From the NCBI GenBank assembly GCA_002281975.1, contig NCIH01000007.1, positions 19,435-83,434 on the forward strand: a stretch of DNA of 64,000 bases, given 5' to 3'. This document shows, one piece after another, positions 30,148-40,266 of the stretch (its first letter is position 1; each line of letters opens with the position of its first letter). The notes below the pieces were generated by a model that was not told the origin of the DNA, did not search any database, and was given only the letters and a program-made list of their open reading frames with translations. A program made the translations under genes and the position numbers. Origin of the DNA: Hydrogenophilales bacterium 17-64-11 (GTDB taxonomy: Bacteria > Pseudomonadota > Gammaproteobacteria > Burkholderiales > Thiobacillaceae).

Positions 30148-31085
30148 AGCTCGATATCCTTCAAAGCACCAGATTTTGAGGATGCAGGCCAATCAGGATC
30201 GTTCGACTCCATGGACGCCAGCCGTTCAATGAAGCGAGCCAGCATCTGCGACGGTTCGGCGTCCCTACGAAGCAGGTAAGTAGTCAACAAGGGTGGCTGT
30301 CCCGCAAGCGGGCGCGCCACGACGCCTAGCTCACGACTGAATGCGATGTGCGCGCCACCCGCAAGGCCCAATGCCAAGCCGGCCGATACCAGCATCATCA
30401 TCACGTCGAACGTCGCCACACGCTGCGCGATCAGCGGCTCCCGTTCCTGTCGGCGCAGGATGCGATCAACTTGGCGAGCATGGCCTTCGCATGCTGCGGG
30501 ATCACCCAGCACGATCGGGTAGCGCAGCACTTCTTCCAGCGGAATTCGTTTGTAAGCCAGCACGGGATGACGCGCGGGCACGGCTACCATCAACTGGTCT
30601 TCCCAAACTGGATTGACGATGATGCCGTCGCCGGCCTCATCGGCCATGGAAAAGCCCGCGTCGTACAGATCATCATGCAGGCCCTTGATCTGCTGATCCA
30701 GCGGCACTTCGAAGAGCCGGATTTCGATTTCTGGATATTCTTCGCGGCAACGTGCCAGTAGCGCCGGCAGGCGCGATGGTGTGATGCCATCAGACAAAGC
30801 AATGCGCAACTGCCCGTGAAAGCCATTGGTAGCCGATTTCACGCTTTCACGCGCCTGCTCCAGGACTGCAAACACGCGCGGAATGTGATTGAGGAACAGC
30901 TTTCCGGCGAGAGTCAAGCGCGTGCTGCGAGTAGTGCGCACAAAGAGCTGCACGCCCAACTCCTCTTCCAGTTCCTTGATAGCACGTGATAGAGGTGACT
31001 GCTCGATGTGTAGCCGCTCAGCGGCACGGGCAAAGTGGAGTTCTTCAGCAACGGCCAGAAAGCAACGCAGATGACGAAATTCCAC
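30144..31085 (-). CDS. LysR regulator (TraR-like ICE backbone gene)
   Basis: RHLRCFLAVAEELHFARAAERLHIEQSPLSRAIKELE; AAGGAG RBS before GTG. Confidence 0.9.
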   Translation of the reverse strand: MEFRHLRCFLAVAEELHFARAAERLHIEQSPLSRAIKELEEELGVQLFVRTTRSTRLTLAGKLFLNHIPRVFAVLEQARESVKSATNGFHGQLRIALSDGITPSRLPALLARCREEYPEIEIRLFEVPLDQQIKGLHDDLYDAGFSMADEAGDGIIVNPVWEDQLMVAVPARHPVLAYKRIPLEEVLRYPIVLGDPAACEGHARQVDRILRRQEREPLIAQRVATFDVMMMLVSAGLALGLAGGAHIAFSRELGVVARPLAGQPPLLTTYLLRRDAEPSQMLARFIERLASMESNDPDWPASSKSGALKDIEL

Positions 31086-31339
31086 TGGACGATCTCCTTT
31101 GTGTGATAGCACCACCGACTGCTTCGATCGTTGTGGAAGCCTTAGCCTTGATCGCCATCATTTGCGTTAGCCGTAAAGATGGTGTCCCCAGTCAGAGGTG
31201 CGAGGAGCAACAGCACCGCCTCAACCCAGCGCTGGAACTAGCGAACGTTGCAGCTTCGTGTTCGCGCGGGGCACGTCGCTGTAGGTCAAGGAAGAGGCGT
31301 CGATGCGGCGGTCATTCCTTGGTCTTTCGTGGATGGAGG

Positions 31340-32748
31340 TCAGAACGCGATCTGCGTGCGGGCACCAACGGCTTGGTACCTCGCGCCAATGTCGCCACCG
31401 CCACCCGTTCGCTTGTCCACCGTGCCGTTGATGTAATTAAGCATGAAGCGGATGTTGCTGTTCACATACCAGTTCAGGCCGAGCGTGAGGTTCTCCTGCC
31501 GGCCGCCGAAGATGTCCCTGTCGTTGAGATCAATCATGCTGTAGCGCGCAGCAATCTCCCATGCGCCCCAGTCGCCCATCCTCCAGTCGAAGGGACGACT
31601 TGGCGCAACGCTCCCATAAGAGCCGGAGCTTGCGCTGTAGCTTCGCTTCTCGCCGGTGAGGATGTAGCCACCCTGGATGTAGTAACCACTGAAGTCGAGG
31701 CTGGGCCCGTTGCCGGGGGTCGGCTCGACGTTGAAATCGAAATATTCGCCCTGGAAGTGGAAGCTGCCCAGTGTTCCGGCCAGTTCCGCGCTCAAGACGC
31801 GCGCGGAGTCGATCGGAAGAGGACCGGTGCCCAAGATGCGGTTGCCGTCGATGCGCATCTCAATCCGGTCTCGCAGGTTCAGTTCCGAGGCGCCCGTCGG
31901 CGCATCGAACAGGTACTGCACGTCGCCGCCGATCAGGAGCGAGGCGCTGTCGGTCAGAACTGGCAGGAACACCACCCGTCCGGTCGCGGCGGTCTGCCTT
32001 GCATCGTGCGATGTCCTGCCGGAGGCCGGTCCCGTCAGGAAGGCGCCGGCCCACCATTGCCGGTCGTTGGCGGTAATGCCGAAAGCGGAACGCGTGGCTC
32101 CGCCGATGCCGGCGGCGACTTCCACGGGCGCGGCTCGCTCCATAAAGGTGATGTTGTTGTTACTTGTCGCTCGGTCGAGCATGTAAGGCACGCTGAGAAT
32201 GCCGCCCCAGATCTTGAATGGTTTGAAACCGCTATAGGTAAGGTAACCTTTGTCGAAGACCGCGCTGGTGGCGCCGCCGGACCCGCCGCCCTCAAAGACG
32301 AGGTTGTACTCCCAGTCGTCCAGGAACGTGCCGATAACGCCAAACTGCGCTCGGCGCGCGATCGCGCCGCCGACAAGGTCCTGCGGCGTCGTGGCTATGG
32401 TGTTCGGCCGGTAGTTGTAACCGCCGAAGTCGAGCTGCAGGCGGCTCGTGAGAGAGATGCAGTTTCGTCCGTCGGGGCTACAGATCGTCGGCCGGTTGCT
32501 GGAGGACACCCGGACGCTAGGTGCGTCGGCGGGCGTCGCCGTTCTGGCCGCAACCACCTGTTCGGCGGCCCCTCTGGCTTCTTCCCGCCCCTCCGCAACG
32601 TCCCCTTTCAGGGTCGCGACTTCGTTCTGCAGCTTGCTGATTCCGCCTGCAGCGCCTCCAGCCGGGCGCTGACGGAATCCTGTGCGACAGCGGGCCCGCA
32701 GGCGAGGATCACAGCGACAGCCGCCGTCGCCGTGAGTAGATTCCGCAT
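31340..32748 (-). pseudogene. OprO/OprP-family porin with 1-nt frameshift
   Basis: Beta-barrel ending QIAF, GAWEIAARYS, GLNWY; signal peptide sits in another frame, joined by one missing base near 32640. Confidence 0.8.
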
Positions 32749-32767
32749 CGCTTCACGCAATTGCATC

Positions 32768-33307
32768 CTAGTCTTTCAATGGCTTTGGAATGGACCGTCC
32801 TTTGTCCTTTTCAGCCACGATGAATTCGAGAAAGCGGAGTCTCTCCGTTGAACTCGGATTCCAGTGAGCATGAATGGTGCCGGCCGGAACGAGCAGACTG
32901 TCGCCAGCGCGTAGAGTGACTGGCGGTTCACCTTCCTCCTGCCAGATGCCAGTGCCGGAAAGGATGTGGAAGGTGACCGCAGCCGGATGAAGGTGCCGTG
33001 GATTGATGCCACCCGGCTCATATTCGACGTGATAGACGGCGACTTCCTGGTTAGCCGTATCGGGCACGGCTGTTCTCAGCAGCGGCGCATGCGGTATCAC
33101 GCCTCGCTTTTCCTGGGCGAAAGCCGGTTGGGTGTAAGCCATACATAAAACTCCTGTTATCGCAATGACGATGCTGAAGAGAGCGCCTTTGGTCACACAT
33201 TGCCTCCCAACCTTCAGAGATGCCCAAAGGCCGGGTCCGACTGGAACCGGACATTGCGCTGGCGATAGCCAGTTGAAAACAGAGCCTGAATTAGCGAAGT
33301 AGTGCAT
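32768..33307 (-). CDS. Cupin domain protein
   Basis: PRHLHP, GDSLLVPAGTIHAHWN; GGAGG RBS before ATG 33307. Confidence 0.85.
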   Translation of the reverse strand: MHYFANSGSVFNWLSPAQCPVPVGPGLWASLKVGRQCVTKGALFSIVIAITGVLCMAYTQPAFAQEKRGVIPHAPLLRTAVPDTANQEVAVYHVEYEPGGINPRHLHPAAVTFHILSGTGIWQEEGEPPVTLRAGDSLLVPAGTIHAHWNPSSTERLRFLEFIVAEKDKGRSIPKPLKD

Positions 33308-33416
33308 GTGAGCCTCCGTAAGAAATTTGATTCTTTCAATGCATATTAAGGTAGTAGGCATTGTCAGACAAACGACTTTAACTTACCATTCCCCCAAGAA
33401 AAAATTGGGGTCTCAC

Positions 33417-34376
33417 ATGATGCGACAATTACCCTCGCTGAACGGACTGCGGGCTTTTGAGGCGGCTGGCCGGCATGGCAGTTTCACTGCCGCGGCAAGA
33501 GAGCTGAACGTCACCCAAACTGCGGTAAGTCGCTTGGTCCGTCTGCTGGAAGATCGTTTTGGCTTTCCTCTGTTTCTGCGACATGCGAACGCGCTTGAAC
33601 TGACGGCGCAAGGGCAGGCGCTGCTGTCCGGTCTGACTGATGCTTTCGATTCCATTGCCCGGCTCACCGAAAGCGTTACGGCAATGCGTAGTGGCCCGGT
33701 GCTGACGGTTGGAGTCGGTCCAACCTTGGCGATCACTTGGTTGATCCCGCGACTGGCAAGCTTCTATCGCAGCCATCCCGACGTCGAAGTGCGCATGGCG
33801 ACGGGTGGCGCAACTCGTCCGGTACGCGATGACTGGACCTGCACTATCCGACGCGATACCGACGCGTTGCCAGGCTACGATGCAGAACGCCTATTCCCGA
33901 GCGCCGTCGTGCCGGTCTGCACCCCTAAACTCGCATCGACGCTGCGCTCGCCTGACGATTTGCGCGACGCGATTCTCATCGTCGTGTCCGACATGCCCAA
34001 TGAATGGCCGTACTGGTTCGAGGCTGCGGGCTTGCGTTCTCCCGTGCACCCCGCCAGTGAAGTGTCGTTCGAGAGCAATGTCATGGCGATGCAGGCAGCG
34101 CTCGACGGGGTCGGAGTCGCTATCGCTCAAATCCCTTACGTCAGCGACGCCCTGGCAGCGGGCCGGTTGGTCGCGCCATTCCCGATCGTCGCGCACACAG
34201 TCGGGAGTTGGCTTCTAGAATACCGCGCTATTCGAAAGGAAGATCCGGCACTTCTAGCTTTTCGCGCTTGGTTGCACCAGGAAGCTGATCTGGCGCGTCA
34301 AGTTGAGATCGTGCTAGGGCGTGCGAACACAAACGGAAGCGCTCGGCGATCAGCAGGCCACCCGCCGCGCGATTGA
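33417..34376 (+). CDS. LysR regulator (GcvA/AmpR-like)
   Basis: LPSLNGLRAFEAAGRHGSFTAAARELNVTQTAVSR; divergent from the cupin-porin pair. Confidence 0.92.
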   Translation: MMRQLPSLNGLRAFEAAGRHGSFTAAARELNVTQTAVSRLVRLLEDRFGFPLFLRHANALELTAQGQALLSGLTDAFDSIARLTESVTAMRSGPVLTVGVGPTLAITWLIPRLASFYRSHPDVEVRMATGGATRPVRDDWTCTIRRDTDALPGYDAERLFPSAVVPVCTPKLASTLRSPDDLRDAILIVVSDMPNEWPYWFEAAGLRSPVHPASEVSFESNVMAMQAALDGVGVAIAQIPYVSDALAAGRLVAPFPIVAHTVGSWLLEYRAIRKEDPALLAFRAWLHQEADLARQVEIVLGRANTNGSARRSAGHPPRD

Positions 34377-34416
34377 CGCCGGCTTCGAGACGTGGAGCTG
34401 CATGGGGCATCCGACA

Positions 34417-36369
34417 CTAGACGGATATGCCCTTGGTACGTCCGATTTCCCACGACACGCCACCGCCTCGCACCGTGGCGGCGATCTGCTGTCCCAGTCT
34501 CTGTTCGATCACCGGCCGCCACGGGACCAGACGGAACCCAATGCCGTCATCGAGCATCGCATAGCGCCCGCTGGCAAGTATGATGCTGCGCCGATAGATG
34601 CCGGCCACGCGCTGCCCGTCGGCCACTGAGCGATGCTCCAGCCCGGTTTCGGTGGCAATGTCCTGCGCGGCCTGCGTCAGTTCCCGATTGCGCAGCGTCG
34701 CCAGCAGGTTGCGCGCCAGGATCACCCGCTGGCCGCGCCGCTCGGCCAGTCCCTGTTTGGCCAGGAAATCTGCCCGATTCTGTAGCGCGTCCTTGACCTC
34801 GCTGCCAAAGCCAAAATCTCCAAATCTCTTGCCGCCACCGATCAACTGCTGATCCAGCCAGGTAGCCCCGATCACGTGAGCCTGCCGCTCGATGGGCAGG
34901 TGCGATTTCAACTCCACGGCCACGCCGCCCAGGCGCTGCGCGTCATACTGATGCCCGCGTGCGGGCAGATCGTCCGGCACCTTCCACAGCCCCTCGGCCA
35001 CACGCTCCACGATACCGGCCCGGCGCAGGGCTTCCAGCCGACGGACATGGGCCGCAACGACTTCCTGCGGATCGCGGCCGGCCTGCGCCTGACCTTGTGC
35101 AATCGCCAGGTGATGATCGGTGCGATACAGCCCATCGCTCGCCAGCGCGGCGATGTTCCTGTCCGCCGTCCGCACCTCGGCGGAACCGTGCACTTCCACC
35201 ACAGCGCCGGTCGGGTAGTTGCCGGGTGCGTCGCGGGCGTTGAGCGCGACATAGTGGGCCTTGCCATCCACGCCGTCGATGATCAGATAGCCCCGGTCGA
35301 GCAGTTCGTCGGCCAGCCCCTTGGCGGCCACCCGGCCGATGACGGTTCGGCCGTCCTCACCTGGCTCGAAGACAGCCAGCTCGCGCGGCTGGCCGCTCAT
35401 GGCCCGTTGCATGGTGCGGATGATGTCGCCGCGCTCGCCCATCGCGCGCAGCGTTGGTTCCGCGTCGGCATGAACGGCCCACACACCAGGCTGGCTTTCA
35501 CTCGCTAGTCCCATGCGCTGCAAGCGTTGCAGGCGGCCAACCAGCAGCAGGCGCTGGCGTTGCAGCCGGGGTTCGTTGAAGTGTTCGACATGCACCAGGC
35601 CGTCCGCCGCTTCACGCTGTAGGGTACGGTCCAACCCCGTCCACCGTTCCTGTTCCACCTCGCGCGCCATGCTGCGCTGGATCTCCAGCTCGGTGCGAGG
35701 CCCGAGCCATTCGGTGGCGAGTTCGGCGGCACGTTCGCGCATGCCGCGCGTGATGTACTCCTGCGAGATGATGAGGTCTTTGCCGGTGTCGTCCTTGCCG
35801 CGCAAGACGACATGGGTGTGCGGGTTGTCGGTGTTCCAGTGGTCCACCGCCACCCAATCGAGCTTCGTGCCCAGGTCGGCTTCCATGCGGGTCATCAGGT
35901 CGCGGGTGTAGCGCCGCAGGTCTTCCAGCTCGGCGGCATCTTCCGGCGAGACGATGAAGCGGAACTGGTGACGGTCCTCGCGGCCACGTTCCTCGAAGGC
36001 GGCCAGGTCGGCGTCGTCGGTGGTCGTGCTGTACGCCTGCCCCGGCTCGCCGTCGCGGCCGACGCCTTCGCGCTCGATGTAGCGCAGGTGCGTGATGGTC
36101 GAACGCGCGCCGGCCTGCTTGAGATACACCAACCGCACCTTGACGGTGGCGCGGCGCGAGGTCGCGGACAGCGACTGCCCGGTGAAGCGCGCGGCGACGT
36201 GGCCGCGCCCCAACCGCGAACCGGGCGCCTTGCCGCGCTTGCCGCCGGTGGCGTTGGCCGCCTTGGTGGCCTGGCGCAGCACCTTGGAGATAAAGGCGTC
36301 GCCGCGCTGTTTCGGCGCGCCGGGGCGAAGGCGGAAGCGGTCGGCATCGTCGCCGTTGCGCCGGTTCAT
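34417..36369 (-). CDS. MOBP/VirD2-like relaxase with DUF3363
   Basis: HLRYIER, HQFRFIVSPED, DHWNTDNPHTH. Confidence 0.93.
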   Translation of the reverse strand: MNRRNGDDADRFRLRPGAPKQRGDAFISKVLRQATKAANATGGKRGKAPGSRLGRGHVAARFTGQSLSATSRRATVKVRLVYLKQAGARSTITHLRYIEREGVGRDGEPGQAYSTTTDDADLAAFEERGREDRHQFRFIVSPEDAAELEDLRRYTRDLMTRMEADLGTKLDWVAVDHWNTDNPHTHVVLRGKDDTGKDLIISQEYITRGMRERAAELATEWLGPRTELEIQRSMAREVEQERWTGLDRTLQREAADGLVHVEHFNEPRLQRQRLLLVGRLQRLQRMGLASESQPGVWAVHADAEPTLRAMGERGDIIRTMQRAMSGQPRELAVFEPGEDGRTVIGRVAAKGLADELLDRGYLIIDGVDGKAHYVALNARDAPGNYPTGAVVEVHGSAEVRTADRNIAALASDGLYRTDHHLAIAQGQAQAGRDPQEVVAAHVRRLEALRRAGIVERVAEGLWKVPDDLPARGHQYDAQRLGGVAVELKSHLPIERQAHVIGATWLDQQLIGGGKRFGDFGFGSEVKDALQNRADFLAKQGLAERRGQRVILARNLLATLRNRELTQAAQDIATETGLEHRSVADGQRVAGIYRRSIILASGRYAMLDDGIGFRLVPWRPVIEQRLGQQIAATVRGGGVSWEIGRTKGISV

Positions 36370-36510
36370 GCGGCGGCTCCGGCGAAGTGCAGCGCGCCAC
36401 AGGGCGCGATGCACGTGCTTTCGCCAATGCCCACGCGGCATCGGCGCTGCTCGCGGCACGGTGCCACGATACGGCGCGTGCCGCGCCAACCCCACGTGCA
36501 GACTGGCTTT

Positions 36511-36547
36511 GTGCGCACGAGAGTGCCGCACCCTTCAATCTTGCCCT
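36511..36547 (+). other. Candidate oriT
   Basis: IR GTGCGCAC-GAGA-GTGCCGCAC followed by ATCTTG^C, similar to the MOBP nic consensus YATCCTG^Y, upstream of the relaxase. Confidence 0.55.
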
Positions 36548-36769
36548 GCATCTTCCCCCGGCCTGACGGCACGGGGGTGCGATGCCCCGGCGGCGCTGCG
36601 CAACGCGCAGCCTGGCCGCCGGCGAGCACCAGCCATGCCTGCGGCATGGCGCGCTCGGGGCAAGCTGTCTGCACGGGGGAGTGCCGTGCGCTGCGCGGTG
36701 CGAACGCACCCGCGCTGCACCGGCATGAACACGGCAACGACATGCCGGACGGCGCAACAAGGTGCGTCG

Positions 36770-37333
36770 TCACGGCTGCGTCTCCAGGCGGATCGGTCGC
36801 GCCACGCCGAGCACGGCGGCGGCGCTGACCGGCCCGAAGTAGCGGCTGTCGAACGACGCCGGGTTGGTGATGCTGAGCAGGAACAGTTCGCCCTCGGCGA
36901 GCTGACGGCACTGCGGCCAGGATGACAGCGGCCGACCCCAGCGGTCGGTGCGCAGCACGGCGGCCACCGGCACGCCGTCGATGCGCACGATGCCATTCAC
37001 GATGCAGACGTGTTGCGGCGCGACTGCGCCAACACGTTTGAGCAGCGGAATGTGCGACGGCAGGTAGCCACGCTGCGCGGCGAGCGCGGCGGCGTCTGCC
37101 GGCAAGGTGGTCAGCACGATGCTGCCGACGTGCAACACACCCGGCAGCGAGTGCGCCGGTTCGATGCGATACCAGCCGACCGGCACGCTGTCGGACGGGT
37201 TGTAGACGATGCGTGCCGATGGCTGCACGAAGGCGGCCCAGGCCAGCGCAGCGAGGCCGCAGGCAGCGAGTGCAGCCAACGCGAAGCGAGCGCGCAGACA
37301 CGAGCGAGGAAGGGTTGTGATCGTCGCGGTCAT
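36770..37333 (-). CDS. traF: S26 family conjugal peptidase TraF
   Basis: YNPSDSVPVGWY, LLKRV, SFDSRYFGP. Confidence 0.9.
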   Translation of the reverse strand: MTATITTLPRSCLRARFALAALAACGLAALAWAAFVQPSARIVYNPSDSVPVGWYRIEPAHSLPGVLHVGSIVLTTLPADAAALAAQRGYLPSHIPLLKRVGAVAPQHVCIVNGIVRIDGVPVAAVLRTDRWGRPLSSWPQCRQLAEGELFLLSITNPASFDSRYFGPVSAAAVLGVARPIRLETQP

Positions 37334-37875
37334 TGCAGTGCCCTCCCGGCCAGCCAGGCCGCGTGCCGTTCGGCGCTGTATTCCGGCAGCGGCAGGCGCG
37401 CAGCCAGACGGTTGCCCAGCGTGCGCCAGTACGCGGGCGACACGTCGATGGCCTCGATGCCCCGCGCTTCGATGGCGTCGATCTGCGCGAGCACAGCTCG
37501 CACTTTCTGTTCGCCTTCGGCGTGCAGCAGCAGGCGCGCACCAGGGCGAATGCCGGGGATGTTCTGCATGACATCCAGCGGCGTGCAGGCTTGCATCACC
37601 ATGAGTTGCCAGCGTGTCGTACCGTAGTCGTTCGACTCCCAGCGGATGCGGCAGAAGATCGCTGTTGGCAGGAACACCGCGTAGCGCCGCCAGCGGTCGA
37701 ACTGCACGGTGCGCGCCGGATTGCCGAAGCGCAGATAGAGATTGATGCGCTGCTCTACGTAGGCGAGCGATACGCGGGTGAGCGGCACGCGACTGTCGAG
37801 TGATGCGAGCGGCTGCGGTGAAGGCGGCGGCGCAGCCGCGCTCTTATGAATCTGTGCCTGCGTGGCGAAGTTCAT
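37330..37875 (-). CDS. DUF2840 family protein
   Basis: YLRFG, RWESNDYGT, YWRTLGNRL. Confidence 0.85.
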   Translation of the reverse strand: MNFATQAQIHKSAAAPPPSPQPLASLDSRVPLTRVSLAYVEQRINLYLRFGNPARTVQFDRWRRYAVFLPTAIFCRIRWESNDYGTTRWQLMVMQACTPLDVMQNIPGIRPGARLLLHAEGEQKVRAVLAQIDAIEARGIEAIDVSPAYWRTLGNRLAARLPLPEYSAERHAAWLAGRALQ

Positions 37876-38114
37876 GGCGTGTGCTCCGGGAACTCGCGTT
37901 CCAGTAGCGCACGCAGCAGCTCGGCCACCGTCACGCCCTGCGTGAAGGCCGAGACCTTGATGCGGGCGCGCATGGCCGGCGTCACGTCGAGAGTCAGGCG
38001 CGCGGTGTAGAGGTCGCTTTTCTGGACGCTGTTGGCGTCGCCTTGGCGAATCCAGGCTTCGGCCTGCGGATTCGCCGGCGGTCGCACGCCGATGGCGATG
38101 CGCTTGCCACTCAT
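37872..38114 (-). CDS. Small partition protein (ParG/RHH-like)
   Basis: YTARLTLDVTPAMRARIKVSAF; ATGA-coupled to parA. Confidence 0.8.
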   Translation of the reverse strand: MSGKRIAIGVRPPANPQAEAWIRQGDANSVQKSDLYTARLTLDVTPAMRARIKVSAFTQGVTVAELLRALLEREFPEHTP

Positions 38115-38749
38115 GGCGACCACCTCAGCAGCTCGTCGGCCAGCGCGGCGATCTCGCGTGCGGCGGCGCTGTCTGGCGCGGTTTCTCGTGCGAGCCGCCC
38201 AGCGGCCACACTGTCGGCGAAGACGATGCGCTGGCGGATTTCCGCGTGCAGTGCGGGCAGCGGCTGCTCGGCGAGCGCGCCACGCGCTTCGCGTCCGATG
38301 ACTGTGCGCACCACACGCCGGTTGATGACGAAGGCCGCGCGCAGCGCCGGCCTGAACAATTGCGCCTCGCGGATCAACGCCACCATCTCGGCACTGGCCC
38401 ACAGGTCGTAGGGGCTCGGCTGCACCGGCACCAGCACACGGTCGGCCGCCAGCAGCGCGGAGCGCGCGAGTGCGGCGATGCGTGGCGGGCCGTCGATGAC
38501 GATGTGATCGCAGCGCCGGGCGAGTTCGGGCGCTTCCTGGTGCAGCGTTTCCCGTGCGAGGCCCACGGCGCTGAACAGCCTTGGCAGCCCTTGCTGGCTG
38601 CGTCGCTGCGTCCAGTCCAGTGATGAACCCTGCGGGTCGGCGTCCAGCAGGATGACCTGTTGACCGCGCAGCGCGAGTTCACCCGCGATGTGGGTGGCGA
38701 GCGTGGTCTTGCCGACACCGCCTTTCTGGTTGAGCAAGGCGACGATCAT
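38111..38749 (-). CDS. parA: ParA family ATPase
   Basis: NQKGGVGKTT, DADPQGS, IDGPP. Confidence 0.93.
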   Translation of the reverse strand: MIVALLNQKGGVGKTTLATHIAGELALRGQQVILLDADPQGSSLDWTQRRSQQGLPRLFSAVGLARETLHQEAPELARRCDHIVIDGPPRIAALARSALLAADRVLVPVQPSPYDLWASAEMVALIREAQLFRPALRAAFVINRRVVRTVIGREARGALAEQPLPALHAEIRQRIVFADSVAAGRLARETAPDSAAAREIAALADELLRWSP

Positions 38750-38822
38750 GGCGCAGCCCTCCGTTGCGGAAAGCGGCTCGATGAACGGCCTGAAAAACGC
38801 CTTTGCTGTTGACCTTCAGCGG

Positions 38823-39044
38823 TTATCCACCGGCCCAATAGCAAGGTCTTGTTACTCGTTAGATAGCTTCTAAAGTTAGATATAAAGTTAAGGGCCGGAA
38901 AAATCCTTGTGGCCGCTGAAGTTAGGCGCGATTCGCGCGCCTGATAGCACGATAGGGGTGCGCCTGATAGCACGAGTCCCGGCGCGCCCGATAGCACGAG
39001 CCCATTCACAGCTTGTCCCGTTTTCATCCCCGCAGTTATCAACG
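38823..39044. repeat. Putative oriV: iterons, AT-rich tract, DnaA-box-like sites
   Basis: GATAGCACGA at 38943, 38966, 38990; AT-rich ~38860-38890; TTATCCACC at 38823, TTATCAACG at 39036. Confidence 0.7.
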
Positions 39045-39878
39045 TGCCGTGGACGGCACGGGGCGGAAGGCCAGAATCTCCGGCGTGCCGGGCCAGCGCT
39101 CGACGGACAGCACATAGCCAGGCAGCGATTGCCGAGCAGCCAACGTGCGCAGGTCGCGGGCGAAGTCGCGAGGCTGCGCCAGGCTGCCCGACTTGCGATA
39201 CAGGTAGGGGAAGTCGAACTGCCAGCCGTCGCGCTGCTTGCCGCCGTGCTTGCGCACCAGGCGGTACAGCCAGCGCTCGATGCCGCCGGTGAGCTTGAAG
39301 TAGGCCGGGTCGATGGTGAGCACCAAGGCTTCGTCCAGCACGCCAGCAAAGAACCAGTCCGGCAGGATGAGTTCGAGGCCGAGCGGCGCGCCCCTGGCGT
39401 CCGTGCGCTCCTTCCATTCGTTGATCCACGAGAAGCGATGCAGGCGCCGCCCCGTGGTCTCGCGGATCGACGTGGCAATCGTGGTTGATTGCAGGCGATC
39501 CAGTGCAGCCTTGAGGCGCTGGTAGTCGCGCAGCGACGTGCCGCGCCCGATGAAGCGCAGGATCTCGTAGGGCGTGGCCTGCATCCTGCGCGACGGGCGC
39601 AGACCTGAGTCGCGCGCTTCGACGATCTGGCTGGCGGCCCAGATGAGGATGTCGGCATCCCAGATGGTGGCGATGCCGTGCTCCTGTGTGCCTTCCACGC
39701 GCACGGTGACGCCGCCGGAGCGGAAGTCGATCGGCGCCGTGCGCCGCGACTTGGCCAGCGAGAAGAACGGATAGGCCATCATGTCTTGTGCGTCGCGCGG
39801 CGCCATGTCGCCCGGCAGCGCGCGGAACAGGTCGAGCTGTTCGCGCTCTTTCTCCGAGCTGGACACGACGAGAACCAT
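39039..39878 (-). CDS. repA: Replication initiator protein A
   Basis: DMMAYPFFSLAK, ATIWDADILIWAASQ, ERWLYRLVRKHGG. Confidence 0.9.
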   Translation of the reverse strand: MVLVVSSSEKEREQLDLFRALPGDMAPRDAQDMMAYPFFSLAKSRRTAPIDFRSGGVTVRVEGTQEHGIATIWDADILIWAASQIVEARDSGLRPSRRMQATPYEILRFIGRGTSLRDYQRLKAALDRLQSTTIATSIRETTGRRLHRFSWINEWKERTDARGAPLGLELILPDWFFAGVLDEALVLTIDPAYFKLTGGIERWLYRLVRKHGGKQRDGWQFDFPYLYRKSGSLAQPRDFARDLRTLAARQSLPGYVLSVERWPGTPEILAFRPVPSTAR

Positions 39879-39892
39879 CCGCGCGCCGGTCG

Positions 39893-40183
39893 TCAGCGGC
39901 CATCGCGGTAGTCACCGGCGTGGCGCTCGGCGTACTCGGGGTCGGACGTGGCCTCGAAGCTGCGCGCGTCGGCCCAGGCATCGAGGTCGGCCACCGAATA
40001 CATCACGCGGCGGCCGAACTTGCGAAAGCGCGGGCCGCCGCCGATGACGCGCTGCTTCTCCAGCGTGCGCGGCGACAAGCGCAGGTAGTCGGCGGCTTCG
40101 TCGTTGGTCAGGTAGCGCGAAGGCTGGGCGGGTTGTTGCGTGACAGCGGGAGCGGCTTGCGGCCGCAGCGGTGCGGGTCTCAT
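39893..40183 (-). CDS. HTH/AlpA-like protein, putative excisionase
   Basis: YLTNDEAADYLRLSPRTLEKQRVIGGGPRFRKFGRRVMY. Confidence 0.85.
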   Translation of the reverse strand: MRPAPLRPQAAPAVTQQPAQPSRYLTNDEAADYLRLSPRTLEKQRVIGGGPRFRKFGRRVMYSVADLDAWADARSFEATSDPEYAERHAGDYRDGR

Positions 40184-40266
40184 GGCGTGAACCTCCATCG
40201 GTCTGAATCGCCGACCGCGACAGCGCGGCCGGATGGAGGCAGTCTCAGAAAAGAAAGGCGCTGTGC

